Below are positions 37,368 through 51,700 of a stretch of 64,000 nt of DNA, one piece after another. Position 1 is the first letter of the stretch. Each line of letters begins with the position of its first letter. This DNA comes from Dicyema japonicum (lineage: Eukaryota > Animalia > Dicyemida): contig RDEW01000003.1 of the NCBI GenBank assembly GCA_011109175.1, positions 1,161,071-1,225,070 on the forward strand. Reading direction: 5' to 3'. The translations under genes and the position numbers were made by a program. The notes below the pieces were generated by a model that was not told the DNA's origin, searched no databases, and saw only the letters and a program-made list of their open reading frames with translations.

Positions 37368-37712
37368 CAGGCAAATAATAACAACCTTTTCACGAGAGCC
37401 ATAATATTTATAGCTCCGGATAGGCCGGACACACACGTTATTTGAGTAAAGATCAGTTATATTGACTAATCTTAGAAAGGGAGGAAGGAACAAGGTCCTT
37501 TGATTTCTCTTCTTCTTTTCTTGAGTGTGAGTTATATTCAGACGATCCGGTTCCGCAGTGAAGCATTCACTGATGACGGAATCACTCGTCATACCCAAAG
37601 CATCATAGATTCGTGGAACCTTCAGCCAGAATGTACAGCAGCGAGATTCGATCCCGGGACCATCAGGACTTTGCCGGCGCTTATGACAGAGCCAAGTGCC
37701 GGGAAAATGTTA
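37368..37712 (-). mobile_element. SINE family A full-length copy
   Basis: Colinear with 1191-1506 from the B-box (GGATCGAATCTCGCTGCTG) to the GGCTCTCGTGAAAAGG-TTATT tail. Confidence 0.8.
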
Positions 37713-38460
37713 ATAAATTATTTATCACCTGAAAATAGAATTTTACGAAATTTTCTAATCATATCAAGTTTAAAAACCGATGTTCATCTATAATTCGTAA
37801 ATTCTTAAATTAGCCAATTTTTATAAAGTCCCGAAAATTGCGGATATATGAAAACATTTTAATGAGTTGGTACCGAAAATATAAGTTTGATCCTTTACTC
37901 TTCTGAATCAGGATTATGCACGAATTCAGGGACAACTGAAAACAGTGGATAGCTTAGATAAAATACGGAAACTTATAAGGAAGAAATTGGATGGAAGCAA
38001 CCTGTAGTAAGGATAGTAAGGAGTACCACACAAGGTAAACTCTAACTATTCATTTGGTTATGTGAAATGGGAGAGTGTTTTAACTAATAAACATAAGAGA
38101 ATAGTCATTTTGGCTGTCCCCAAACAGGAAGCGATAGTTTTTCCAACAGTTGAGGCTATGAAGCCAATCGGAAGGAAACAGATTCTTCCGTACGGTATTT
38201 TTATCAACTGAAGCTAACAAAGAGAACGAGCAGCAGATGAGGTATCTACGCACGTGATATCCAATACCAGAGATCCTTAGAGTGAAAACGAAAGGATTTT
38301 CATCTCTTGTCCTTATTCCATGCCAGGAGAGTTCGATAAATAAAGCCAGACCACGGAAGATGTTAAAAATCGTTAACAATTTTTAATGACTCATAAAGTT
38401 AGTGATTTAATTTAATTAATAAATTCCATAAATTATCCCTAAATTTTTAAATTAATTTTT

Positions 38461-41400
38461 TTACTTTTTTATTAGCTTAGTTGTCAAATTCATAAAATAC
38501 ATCACTAAAAACAGTGTTGCAAGGAAAACTAGAATAATTGAACCTTTTAAATCGAATTCGATTGAAAATTGCTTTATTTTTACATTAATGTCTTCATCTT
38601 CGTTCACCGCAACATCCGCGAGTATTTTGAGCACTTTATATTTTTTGTTGTTGAGCTAAATTGAGGATTACCGCTACTTTGTTCAAAACTCTTAGTGTTC
38701 TATTGCTTCTCGAAATATTTAAAATAACGTATTTTGATATAAATTCAATTTTTCGAATTTTGAAATATTTTGAACGGCGTAAATCATAATTCTAATCATT
38801 CATCATTATTTTACTTTGCATTGTGGGAATATGAGGATCTCGGATAACCGACGGCTACCTTTATTTGGCCTTCATCACCGCAGATGTGCGTTTGTCTATT
38901 TTTTGACTTCAAAATAAAATCAACCGATAATTATAGGCATCATAGCATTTATTCTCGTGGCAGAATTCATTCATCATCAAACACAATGTTCGCTTGAATG
39001 CGCTCTGAATTTTTTCCCACTTAACGTATCGCCAATGAAATGTTACCTGGGTAATCTTCAATCCGACCAAAATGAGAATTATCGAATTTGTCACTTCCGT
39101 GGTGGAAACTAAACGTATAAACTGCTGCTTTACTTTTGCAGTTGTATTCATACATATTGCACATTGCATAATTTGTTTTTTCGCCGATACAGAATCTTTC
39201 GAGTCCACTGGGTGGGGGAGAGTCGCAAAATCTTTCTCGATGTTTTATTCCGTGGCATGTCTCACTGCAGTTGCTCCATCTCCCCCATAGACCCCAATTT
39301 CCGTTTCTTTCTTTGGTGGAGTAATTAAACTAAAAACCACTACAGGCTGCTTTGTCAGGATCATGTAAGTAATATTGGCTGCATTGACAGGAATAATGCC
39401 CGATTTCATTGTGACAATAACTGTTGACCCCACAGCGGTTACTTACCTTGCACTCATTTATATCTGAACACAGAACAAAGCTAAAATACCAATACACCTC
39501 CCAGAAGGGGACATTTCAAATCCGCTATGGCAGATGCAGACATCAGAGCCATTTATTTGCGCGCACAGATGATCGCATTGGAGATGACCCTTGCACTCAT
39601 TGGTGACTAAACTAAAATATTTGAATATACCTACGCACGTGACGCCATCGTTAATGAGATGCATCCCACCAGGGCACGTGCAGTGATAACTCCCTATCGT
39701 GTTAACGCAAATTTCCGAGCAATTGTGGTAGTAAATGCATTCGTTAAAATCTGAATTTTAAATAAAAAAGACCGCCTTCACATTCGCCATTAAAACTACG
39801 CTTGAATCCGTGCTCACAGGCACATTCATAACCGCCCATTTTATTGACGCAAATTTGATGACTTTTATTGCACGTGTTTAATGTACTATCAAGACACTCG
39901 TTGATATCTTTTAATCTTAAATCCCAGCACAAACCATAACACTGATACCCGTTTCCGTAAAAGCCGGATTTACAGTAACAACCGTACGAGGAATCATAGT
40001 TAACACAATGTCCATTAACGAGATCACAAAACTGAAATTTATACGGCAAGATTTTGTGCTTGATTTTCATGATCAAGCATTCGTCGATATCTTATCGTCA
40101 CTAAGTAACCAACCAGCACACAGTGTTTTGTCACCGACAGTATATTTTTCATATCCGTCCCCACATTCGCAGTGATACGAGCTACCATTACTAACGCAGA
40201 TCTGATTTACTCCACATTTCGCTAACGTCGACTCGCATATGCTTCCTGTGATGCATAATTTCATGAAATTGGTAATTTATATGAACACAGTAAAGTTACC
40301 TACGCACACATTATCCTTGTTTGGATAATATCCCCCAGGGCAGACACATTTGAAGGAACCGAACGTGTTAATACACCTCAATTTCATATTGGCTTGTTGA
40401 CAAACGCTAGGATTTCCACATTCATCGATGTCTGTGGGAGTTATAGCTCAGGGGTACCAATACACTTATTATCAACAAATTCAAATCCTCTTCCGCACAA
40501 AAATTTGTTTTTATTTTCAATCCGGAAACATGTAAAATTGCTACTTGAAATATTCGTGCATTTTGAATCCGCTTTTTATAAAAAAATAAAAACCGATGCA
40601 ATCAATTTTATTTTTTGCCAAATGGAATCCAGGACGGCATCGGCACTCGTAGGACCCGTTTGTATTGGCACAAATTTGCTGGCACTTATCGTACCCCATC
40701 AGGCATTCGTTTACATCTTACAATCACATTCATTCCTACCAACACACTGATTACTTGTAGGGTCCTTAAAATATCCCACAAAACAAGAACAATAGTACGA
40801 TCCTTCTGTATTTACACAACTCTGTTGGCATGGATTATTTTTGCACTCGTCGACATCTAAAATGCTCAAAAAATAGGAACCGATGCACGAACTTTTGTGT
40901 TTTACGAATCCACCTTTGCAAATGCAGGAAAAGTCTCCATAATCATTTCGACAACGACTATTTGAAGGGCAGATTTTAGGATCCTCACATTCATTTATAT
41001 CTCGAATTCACTAGAAACTAGTTTACCGACACATTCGCCATTAATATCGGCAGTACCCTTTGAGCACTCACAAGCATAAGATCCCTCCGTATTTTTGCAA
41101 GTTTTATTACCTGCACAAAGACTGGGAGAGGTTTCACATTCGTTAATATCTGCCAAAGTAAAATATCAGGAAACCAATGCATCCCCCATCCAACTTTCGT
41201 TTGTACCCTTTTTTACAGAGACATTCAAATTTTCCTGGGAGATTAATGCACCGTTCATTCCGTGAACAATTATGCCAGGATATTTTGCATTCGTCGTAAT
41301 CTAAGGTTTCAGAATTTCGAAAACCTATGCATTTGTTGTTTAAGGGGTTCAGGTAATAGCCACTTTTACACGTGCATGTTTCACTTTCTTGAACTTTTCG

Positions 41401-44400
41401 ACAATATCCATTAATAGGGTCACATTGTTTCTTTGTACATTGATCGATTACTGCGATTATGTTATCGAATCACTACAAGAACAAGACCCATCACTTAGCA
41501 GCTTGTAACCCTTCATACAGGAACATTTAAAACTTCCGGGAAAGTTGGTGCATTGCTCAGAACACGTGTTGTTCATCAAGCATTCGTTGATGTCTATAAT
41601 TATAGGTATCTCAGATTTGTAAACCATAACAGTTAGAAGGATCAGATTTTGCCTGCAAATAGCCTGTTCTGCATCCACATTCATAACCTCCATGAGTATT
41701 AAAGCATAGCTGTTTGCATCCCCCGTTATCAACAAGGCACTCGTTTATGTCTGAAAATAAATAGTGCGTATTTCAAATGTATGTTTCAACAACTAAACAT
41801 ACCTATGCAGTCATCATTGTCTCCTTTTAGAAATCCTTTCTTGCAGTGGCATCTGAATGAACCAATCGTATTTTCACAAATCATGTTTTCATGACATGCA
41901 GTACTATTCGAACATTCATTTATATCTTAATTTAAAATTTAAATAAAATAAAATTTAAAATTTAAATCAAATAAAAAAATATACAATTTAAATAAAATAC
42001 CTTTGCAATGGTTACCATCCAACTTGTACCCTTTGGACAATCTACTGCTCTGTTTGTATGGCACACTAAAATAGTGTTTTTATATCACATTTACAATTTT
42101 TATCTTTAATTATCTCATTGTAGTCTTCTTTTTCTTTATCGAGCGAAAAATTGTCAATGTATGTCGTACATTCTTAAATAATGACTCCTTATACCCGACG
42201 AACATGGATACAAATTACATGGATTATATAAACGCTCGCATTGACTACCAGAATACCCATTTTCACAAATGCAGTCAAAATGTAAGAACCCATCATTCAA
42301 ATTTCGCTGAATAAGTTTAAATACGTTAAACCCTCGGTTTGTTCAAATTGCATTTTCCGTTGTTTGAGCAATCACAAATTGTAATTTCAGGTTCTTCCTT
42401 AGAGTATAGCCGAGCTGAATGATCGAAAAAATAGAAGCGCAGAAATAAATTAGAATTCTTCCAAAATATGTTAAATCGTATTTTATAAGTATTCTGACTT
42501 TTTCCGATTTTTTTTAAATTTTCCTTAACCGTGGTGTTTTCAACGACATTGTTGTTTTCGTACATAATGAATCGAACCTGCGAAATTTTTCTGTTCACTT
42601 TGCAAATAAGTGGGACATACCCATTAACCATTACAGTAAGGCTTTTGTTGCAAAATATTTCCTTTTTACGATCTGACAATTATTCTCAGCGACATTACCG
42701 GAAATATTCAGTTTTCTCTCATAAATCGTCAAAAATGATATAAATTCACGGTTTTGTGGTGTTTCCGCGTTTATGCATTTCGGTAAAAACCTATATTTTA
42801 CGCAGCTCTTCAAGTTAAATTAAAATTATACCGAATCATTAGGTTTCTGGTCATTCCTGTCCGGTAAGTGGTCTACAAATAAAATAATAAAATGCCTGCT
42901 TTTTTGCCTTCAGTTAACACCCCGCTTAAGAGCTTGAAGTATCGGGTCTAACGCTGACTATAAACGCAAGGTTCGCACCATATTTGTAGGCAACCATGAG
43001 TATTTCATGTCCGATTATAAATTTGACTTCAGTTTCTGCTGATAAACACAAATATCGACCAGTTATTATATAAGCGGTTTTGTTTTTGATTCCGTAGTAA
43101 GATTTCTCGACATGTTTATTGTTTACCAAATATATCAACCTCGACCCAATGTTTACCACTTCGTAAACATGTTTTATAACGGAATCTTTGATCGTTATTT
43201 TGCAAGATCTAAAATCACCACCTAAATACTTTAGGTATCCCATTTTTGTTTTAGTTTCTTTGATCACTTTTATTTGAATCCAGTAGTTGTATAATAAGTA
43301 TCCCTCCAGAATAACATGTTCCACAGCATTATCAAGTTTTAAGAATGCGTTTTCGAATGTGACAACAGTCCCGTCGAAAAATATTAACGCTGTGATTAAA
43401 AATTCAAAATTAAAAAACCATTTAAATAAGGTTCATACAATGATGAGTCCACAAGCGGTCTGACAAAAAAGAAGTCCGTCCATAATCCTTGATGATGCAA
43501 CATTTGTTAAACATTTGCGAATCATTTTCAAATTTCTATTTTATCAAAATTATACGATCGATCCAAAAGTTTCAAAATTACTCAAATACTGATTATTCTG
43601 AATCAAAACGCCATCAGAGATCTTATAGCAGCACGTGATTCTAAAATCTTTAATTATGAGCTTTTAACTTACCATTTTTCAAATCGACGTTGATGTCTGT
43701 GTAACATCTCACGTATTTATTGTATGCTGATAAAATTTTAAAATCAAATTCTTTCGCTTGGATCTCTAGCGAAGGACAGGATAATTTAAAATTGTCAATT
43801 TTCTTCCGAATTTGATTATTTTTCTAGGCAATTGAATCGACCAATACTTTTATCCAAATTCGGCAATCAGCCAAATCCGAATTGTCGGAGGAAAATATTA
43901 AAATTTTACATTCACTGTTTTCCTTTTAACCAAAATATTCTTCGTTCCATTAAAATTTTCAAAATTAATAAATTTTACTTTGTTTTGTCTCTCAAAAACA
44001 GTATATCCCATTTTAGAGTCAAATTTCGGTACCACGCTGTAATCTCCAAACAAGCAAACCTTGTATTCGTACATAAACTGTGATTTGGCGTAATGAGCAA
44101 TGCATATAAGTCATAACCACTCACTGAAACCAACAGTTGAAATGGCGTAGTCTAATGGGTTTTATCAGGAGAGTACCTTTCTAAGCGAATTATTTAAGTC
44201 TTTGGTATTTTCCCAGTTGACAATTGTCGTGAAAGTTATGTGGTCTATCTTCACTCCAAATGTTCTGATTTCATTCAAAATCAGATCACGGAATTTATTC
44301 GGTAACTTATCTTTGATGACTTGCACCTAAGGTTGTATGGTAAAGCAACCTTTCCTTTATATGATTTATTTTCTGTCCAAGAAACTGTCAGTAGTCCCAC

Positions 44401-46722
44401 CATTTCATTGATTAAAGCGACTTTTTTCTGAAATTCATATAACGTGATTATTTCGTTCAAGACTTCCTTCGTTATGTCCTTAGAGAAGGATGAGGAGAAC
44501 ATGATGAATCCATTTTGTGATATCTGCAATTGACTATTTAAATTCACGTAAAATCCTTCAGCAATTTGACCATCAAATGTTTTAATTTTATAGGGAAATT
44601 TTATGTACAACTCGTCCAAATCGTTTGCTATATCCAATTCACGTAAAGTCGCTAAAATTTAAAATTTTTGCCAAACTCGGAGCATTTTCCTTGAAACAAA
44701 TGATGGAACCCAAGTAGCATCGCTCAGAATGACTCTTTCTACTGATTTTCTCTAAATAACGCTTAATATGGTTCTTACCTGTAATGGTAATACATTCGTA
44801 ACTTCCAAACGTGTTTACACACCTTTTACTATTACCCCGCAAATATTGGGGATGCTCTCACATTCATCAATATCTGTTCAGTTAAAATGCCAAAAACCAG
44901 CACAGCGGATAAAATTGGTTTCATCATCTTCTATGAGTTTATATCCTTTGCGGCACTCACATTTAAAGCCTCCACCGTGATCTGTCGTTGTACAGAGTCC
45001 TCCGTTATTCCAACCACATGGATCACTCCCACATAAATTGAAATCTAATATTACTCCTATTATTACCCGTTCGACATGGGGGAGATGAACAAAGTTTATA
45101 ATCATAGAGCCAACTGTTACCGAAAAATTCGCCACAGCCGATTTTGTTGACGAGACAGGTTCTATTTTTCTCGCTAAATCTGAACCCGCATTCTGAGCTA
45201 CATATCCCCCAACTATTCCAGGCTCCTAAAACAGGATTTTCTGTATATCAAAGTTTGATTACCGTGTTCACAATTATCTCCATAAAAATCATCATAGCAA
45301 CGACAAAAAGGAAATTCGCCCGTACATTCGCCCCTGTTGTTGCAAAACGCTGACGTGCACTTAAAAATTTCTTTAGTTACGCAAAAAAATAACTTCTACA
45401 CTTGTTTTGTATTTTTTTATAACCGGAATCGCATTTGCATGAAATTTCACCGTGTTTCATACTACACTTTTCGTTTTTTGAGCAAAAAGTATCGCTGCAC
45501 TGAACGATCTCTAATTTGAACTAAAAAAATTTACTTTGACAGAATTTGAGGTTTTTATAAACCATTAACTGATAGCCGCTAGAACATTCGCAGTTGCTTG
45601 AGTTTATGGACTTTTTGCAGTAAGAACCGTTAAAACTATTGTCTTGACTAGTATTTCTGCCATACAGTTTTTATCTAAATTTAAACAAGCACTAAGGATC
45701 ACAGTCGCTTTGATTGCATAAAATACATTCATCCTTATTTTTAGACTGAGTTGATTGCAAACTCAGCTTGATAGAGTTAATAGCTAAATTAGTTAATTAA
45801 ATGACACGTGTTACCGTCGCATTCAAAATAAACTTTATTTTTCATGTAATTATTCTGTAAATTTACATCGAACAGATTATATTCAGCAAAGGAGATTTTG
45901 AGCTCAAAATAGACTGTTTGGTTGCAGAATCTGAAATTTTCTTCAATTTCTGGAATTTCCGAGTTATTTATTTCAAAGTTCAAAAAATAATATTTTTTTG
46001 AAATAAAATTCTAAATAATTTTAAATTAACCACATTGTTGTCTTTTTCGTTCATATAGTTTACAAGTTTTATTTTTCTTAGTAATTTCAGTGACTGATTG
46101 CACGTGTACAAGTTCAGAATTGGGTGAAAAAATGGTTTGTTAAAATCAATGAAGTTAAACGAGAACGCACTCATATTTCCAATAATATTGAAATTCTGCT
46201 CCTCATTAAAATTTTTTGAGTGGGGGATGATCCTAAAGTCATCAATTCTCAGATCAAATCCCGCTGAAAATTAAAAATGAATTTACAAGGACACGATGGG
46301 TTTGTGTGCTTTTTAGTCACATTGATAGTAATTTTTGTGGATAAAATCGAATCGTATAATCTACAGTCGACAAAGTTGGACAAGTCGTATATACATACAT
46401 CTGGATGTTTGTCCAGGTCAAGTCTGAATTTGAGTACAGTCTCCTGAAGTATATTTAAGAAATTCGATTTACTTGCTTTAATTGTAGCCTTTCCTTCAAA
46501 ATTACTCTTCCGTTGGGGTTCAGCGTGCACTCAATCTAAATAATCCATCATTTGATCTTACAAGTGTTTTGTCATTCGGTGGAACGTTATTATTTAACAA
46601 AATCATGTCGTTTTCTCCGATAAACAGATTTCCGTTGTAGTTTATTCTCACTAATATTTTTATAACTGCCAACTTTTTATATCCAAAGATAGGACAAGGC
46701 TGATGAGAAAAAACAGCTTCAT
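38461..46722 (-). CDS. Large multi-exon mucin-4-like / fibrillin-like surface protein: signal peptide, cadherin-like region, EGF, TSP1, EGF x2, NIDO, AMOP, vWD, ~17-20 EGF/cbEGF, TSP1, juxtamembrane region, TM helix
   Basis: [13 protein letters not shown] leader. [13 protein letters not shown] and [19 protein letters not shown] (TSP1). [14 protein letters not shown] (NIDO). CRIW..SCP..CCY (AMOP). FFDGTVVTF (vWD). Repeated D(I/V)(N/D)EC exons with phase-1 introns. [17 protein letters not shown] helix before the stop. Two apparent -1 frameshifts in G runs. Not every junction was traced. Confidence 0.85.
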
Positions 46723-46879
46723 TCGATTCTTTCAGCAAAAATTTATTTTATATAGTAAATTCAGATTAAATCGATAGATTTGAATCTAATGCCCAGTTAC
46801 AAATACATTATCACGAAATCACCTAAAGCTTTACTTGATGATTGATTCGCTAATGATTTTTATTCATTAATTGATAACC

Positions 46880-47080
46880 TTGAATATGCTGGGATTGAGT
46901 GACGTCGTTATCTGTGATTCACAGGATTGTCTCAGGGACTCACATGCAAGTAAAAAAAAGAACAAGAAATCACGAAAGCCTTCAATGTCTTGGATTGATG
47001 CCTTGGATTAATCACCATAACTGTTTTTTTCGTAAAGTAAGTGTGAGTTCTGCCTAGCTGAGATGAGTAATGGAAACATT
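46880..47080 (+). mobile_element. SINE family A partial copy
   Basis: GAGTGACGTCGTTATCTGTGA...GGATTGTCTCAGGGACTCACA...AAAGTAAGTGTGAGTTCTGCCTAGC. Confidence 0.6.
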
Positions 47081-47534
47081 ATTACTTCCTCACGGAAAGG
47101 CTGAACAATGTGCTGGAAGAGGTTAACAGATAATTAACTTCTAATTAAGGTATATCCAAGTCCCACGGTTGGAGTGAGGCCCATCTTATTAAAGCATCTT
47201 GTCTATCCATATCCGCTATTGTGAGACTCTCCATCGCATGAATAGGGAGGGAAGTGTGTGAGGGCAGCTATTCTACCTGACAACCCTCTCTACGAAGCCA
47301 TGACCAAATACCTTAAAAACATCCGAGGTACGAGATAACTATTTGTCCCTTCTGGAGAGCCAGCCAGGATTCTCGTTCACATCGGATAGGACCTCCCCAT
47401 ATCGGTCTGTGGTAACTTTCTTTGTTTTTAACCCGAACCGTCAAATTGAATCCGCTTTTATTGTTATTTTGTTTAATGAACCCACTGATCTCTTGATATT
47501 CGTTATTAAATTATTCCAAAGACTAAGAGTAAAA

Positions 47535-47790
47535 TTAAGCTAACAAATTCATTGATACTGACGCGTTCCAGCTGAACCCCTACCTAAACACAGTGATCCA
47601 GTGGACGTTCTAGAAGCTTATGTCGATCCAGAACACGTTGCCGAGTAGCGAAATTGCCTCCCTGGGAATGAATAGATTGATCTTTTTGAATGCCGGACAT
47701 GAATTGGGAGTCTCCCGAGTAGGTGGATCCACTAGTGGGAAAGAAGAGAATCTTCAATGATCAAGTAGACACATGGCGCCATGCGACAAG
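47535..47790 (-). mobile_element. Short LINE-derived element (family B), both ends present
   Basis: Colinear with 62152-62410, ending GGAACGCGTCAGTATCAATGAATTTGTTAG. Confidence 0.68.
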
Positions 47791-47869
47791 TTCCAAATTT
47801 CCTCTGATATTCGTCGATGTGTGAATTTCAAAGCATTTATAAAGATAACTTTAGAGATCTGCGGCCACC

Positions 47870-48115
47870 GGAGCAGAATTGGCCAAAATTCAGAAGTACT
47901 CAGCCATTGGAGACTGATGGCGATTCACACCAGTGGCCATAGAAACGTCTGGAGCAGTAGGATCCCTCACTGCGGCCTTTCTGAAAGAAATATGAGGGAA
48001 ACTAGCGAGCAGAAAAAAAGAACTTCGAGAATTTTTCTGGCTAAGACACCAAATCGGGATTGCCGTATTACGTGGAAACGCATACGCAATCCTATCTGCA
48101 AGAGCTTAATTATTT
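47870..48115 (+). mobile_element. CRE-like 3' fragment
   Basis: AELAKIQKYSA...FTPVAIETSGAVG, same subfamily as 63240-63540. Confidence 0.7.
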
Positions 48116-50699
48116 AAATCTTTTTTATTAATAAATTGTTTTCCATAAAAAAAACTTTAACAATTTTTTAAAGTTTTTCCATTTAAATATTGATATCGTC
48201 AATGTTCTTTTAAAAGAATAATTGGTCTTCCAATCATTTACCCTTACTGTTCTCCTCATGGAAATCGTTGAGACCTCATAACAATGGTGTCAGCTTTACA
48301 TGATGGTAGATACATATATCTCTTTAGAGACTTAAGTCCTCGAGCTCTCTCAACATCGCTGTCGTCTTTACTCGGATTTCAATGGTAAAACTTTTTTTTT
48401 TAATTTTTAAAATAATTTGAGATAACATCATGCAACGTTAAGTGGACAATCATAATTGACATTAAGAACCGAAGACACTTGTATGAGTACATTGATTCCA
48501 TTCGGTTTTAAAAGATAAGCCTTTGATATAAAATGTCTTGACTAAATATTTTCTCCAGATTTAGCATGTTAGTTGGCGGGTTTATAGGAAACGAAATTTA
48601 TTATCAGCCAAGTTTAAAGTATTTATGCGCATCCAACATCTTCTTAAACAGGGGAGATGGGTAGAAACCAGATGGGATGTCATAATTTCCATACTCCCAC
48701 AGGAAATCACTTGTGTGGACACCTTTTCTGGGACTTGGTCGCTACCGTCGACGCACTCACCTGAAGACGCAGCAGACAAATTGGAGTACGGGAACATCTG
48801 AAAATCGGATCCATCCAGGAGAACTATTATTTCGTACGTATAGCAAAAAAGACTTCCGGAGTCATGGGAGATGAAACGCCTTTGTCTCTAAGATCGAGCG
48901 AAAGAACGCTTCGTAGATAAGCAAACCACGCGACGGACTTTGACTTTAACAGAGGCTCTAAATGTCGGTAATCATAAGGAATGCTCACACAATCTTGGCA
49001 TTTTAACTTGTCTTTCTTTTTTACGGAAAATAAATAATTTATTTCAAAAAACAATCAACTGATAGTCATACAGTAGCCGCCTTTACTGCGTGGATGTTCT
49101 CTCTATGGCGATCGAGATTCTTTCTAATAGTCAGCAGCGGTCATGGAGACTCCTGTGCGTGTAGAACTCCGATTCTCAGACGACCCTGGAACTGAGAAAT
49201 GGAAAAGTAACTAGCTCTCTATTAACTTGATGCAAAATCGATATCGATGACTATTAGCTAAGATCCCAAAGCAAATCATATTTACTCCTTATGCGGGATA
49301 GATGAGTTGGTAGAAGACCACAGTAAAATTCAGTTAACGTCCTTAAATTTTCAGAACATAGAACTGAGAAGAAAACCAGATAATTCACAAATCTAGTTAA
49401 AAGGAAACGAATTTAATTTTCTTAGAAAATTTTTGCTTTCGCACATGATGAGTCAAATAATTTGGTTGTCCTATGCCTTTGAACGTGTGGTACTTGGATG
49501 ATTGCACTATGAGCGGCCAACTGGACAATGTGTCGGAGAATATCTCAACTGGAAAATATCAGTCTATCTCTGAACGACTCAAATGTGAGGTCACTTGAAC
49601 TGGAATCTGATACTTTATACGTTTAGAGAGATCATTCATAAGGCCTTTGAGACCTCAGGACCCCTTCTAGAAGTACCTTGATGCTCCCTTTTAAATCTGC
49701 AGACACAAAAGAAGGCACTGCCAGATGGCAGTTGGGTCGCTGGCGAAATATTCAAGGAGAGTTTGGGAGATGTTGGAAACTGGGATCACCTAATTATTGA
49801 GTTTAAAATTTCTTGGTGGTTTTGGTGTTTAAACAAATAAAAATAAAGGAGGACATTTCGTTACCCCTTACATTTGAAACCTTTGGAATTTTTTAAGCTG
49901 ATAAAATAGTCGAGCATCACAACCATCCGTATCCGCCAGGAACCCCTTTCACTAAAGTAGGAAAAAGAATGCTTCTTTTTTGGATGTTAACCAGACACTG
50001 GTCATCTCCTTAGTCGGTGGATCGTATGAACCACTGTTTCTATTCGTCGGGGCTATGACCACTTTTTAGACAGTAGGAGATCACATTTAAAAAGTCGGCT
50101 ACTATGCTTTTGTCGCATTGACCAACAGGTATAGGATCAACATGAATTCATCCTGTAACCACTGGATTATTGACATGTTAATCTGTCACCTTGCTTCGAT
50201 GATTACTGACCATTTTCAATATTTTGAGCGATATGTAGACTTTTGTATAGTTTAACATAAATATCTCAGAAATTTAAGAGGGAAATCCCCATTTAAGGTC
50301 TTTCTCATTTTTGTTATCTTAAGATGTCTTCAGTTTGCGAAATACGTTATTTTTGGTAGCGTCAGAGTCCAATCATCCTCACCCCATAGGAATAACGTTT
50401 TCGGTGTCCCTTCCTTCTTATGGTCTTTATTTGAATTCTCGAAGAGTAGGGACCTCTCTATGTAGTTCTTCTTCAATCTACTTGAAATGGGAATCCTCTA
50501 GCATTTGTTGGTGGAAAGTATCCCATATTTGTATTATATACAGGATTTTCAAGACTAAGTGAGGAATGCGTCAAATCAATCCGAGAAATGTTTACATCTA
50601 AGCTAGAATCGATCACATTTACTCGCCACGTGACCACGTAGCTCTATATATTTTATATCTCACAGTTATCCCTAATTTTGTGTATTTTGCTCGGTGAAT

Positions 50700-51110
50700 C
50701 TTAAAAATGAAAATAGACAGGTTATCAAAAACTAACTCATACTTTGATCTTTAAGATCAAGAAACATCAATGTTTGCTGTGAAATGAATAAAACAGGAAT
50801 GACTTTTTTACAAAATTCCAACTAACCAACTAATTCCGAAATTTTTATGGAAAGCATAAGTGAAGGATTTGATTTTTCAATTCATTACAAAAAATAAAAT
50901 TGCTGAAAGATTCTCGACTAATGGAAATAAACTGAAATTCCCTTTCCATATTCCCCCATGCTGAACCCGATAGAAAACAGGTTTTCAAAATGGAAAACTA
51001 GTAAAGGATTTAAAAAAAAAGGAAAATATTTGACTGTCAATTGAAGATGGTCTCCAAGTAATTGGAAGTGTTGCCTGTGAATCGTTTTATATGAAAATGA
51101 TTAATGAAAT
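50700..51110 (+). mobile_element. Tc1/IS630-like transposase remnant
   Basis: PYSPMLNPIENRFSKWK (the YSPxLNPIE motif of DD34E transposases), upstream frames disrupted. Confidence 0.7.
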
Positions 51111-51479
51111 CAGTAAATTAATTTCTTAAAATTATGGTTTTCGTTTTTTGAAAATCTCTAGGATTGATGTGATGAATTCTCACGGAGATGTGAAAGTGTT
51201 TTCACTGAAACTTGAACACCCTATGAGCATACTATCCAAGGTCTAGTGCCATTCTATATTAGCAATATTGGTGCTGAGTACTTTATGCTGACTCACTAGC
51301 AAACTAGTCGTATTTGTGAGTATCGGAGTAATTTTCATTAAAAAGTCAATCTAAGATTTCAAAGTTTTTTATCGAAATGAAAAGATTTACGATTAGAAAA
51401 TGCGGTTATTTTGAAAAGTTGACAAAATCGTTTATTTGTACAATATTTTTATTTATTTTATTTATTTACCCAAGACCAC

Positions 51480-51700
51480 GGTAAAACCAAACTAATTATC
51501 ACGTGATCCCGATGCATTCTAACAGAGACCTCATCTTTTCCCGGTGTTCTTCCTTAGTGCCCGCGCATAAACGGATGCCTGAGTTTTCAGGGCCACCTTC
51601 CCGTGATCTGGAGTCTAGTCTCATAAGGGCTTCCAGAGGCGTAGGTCCGGTTCGGTGATCTTCACAAATCTAACGCTCCGTTAATCTATAAGCCCTCTTT
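51480..51700 (-). mobile_element. 3' end of the 2A-LINE family (family C)
   Basis: KEEHREKMRSLLECIGIT-stop followed by TAATTAGTTTGGTTTTACC. Confidence 0.65.

Noticed and set aside
39751-39775. Possible second GC-AG intron in the EGF array
   Set aside because: A GT donor 3 nt inside (22-nt intron) preserves the frame equally well.
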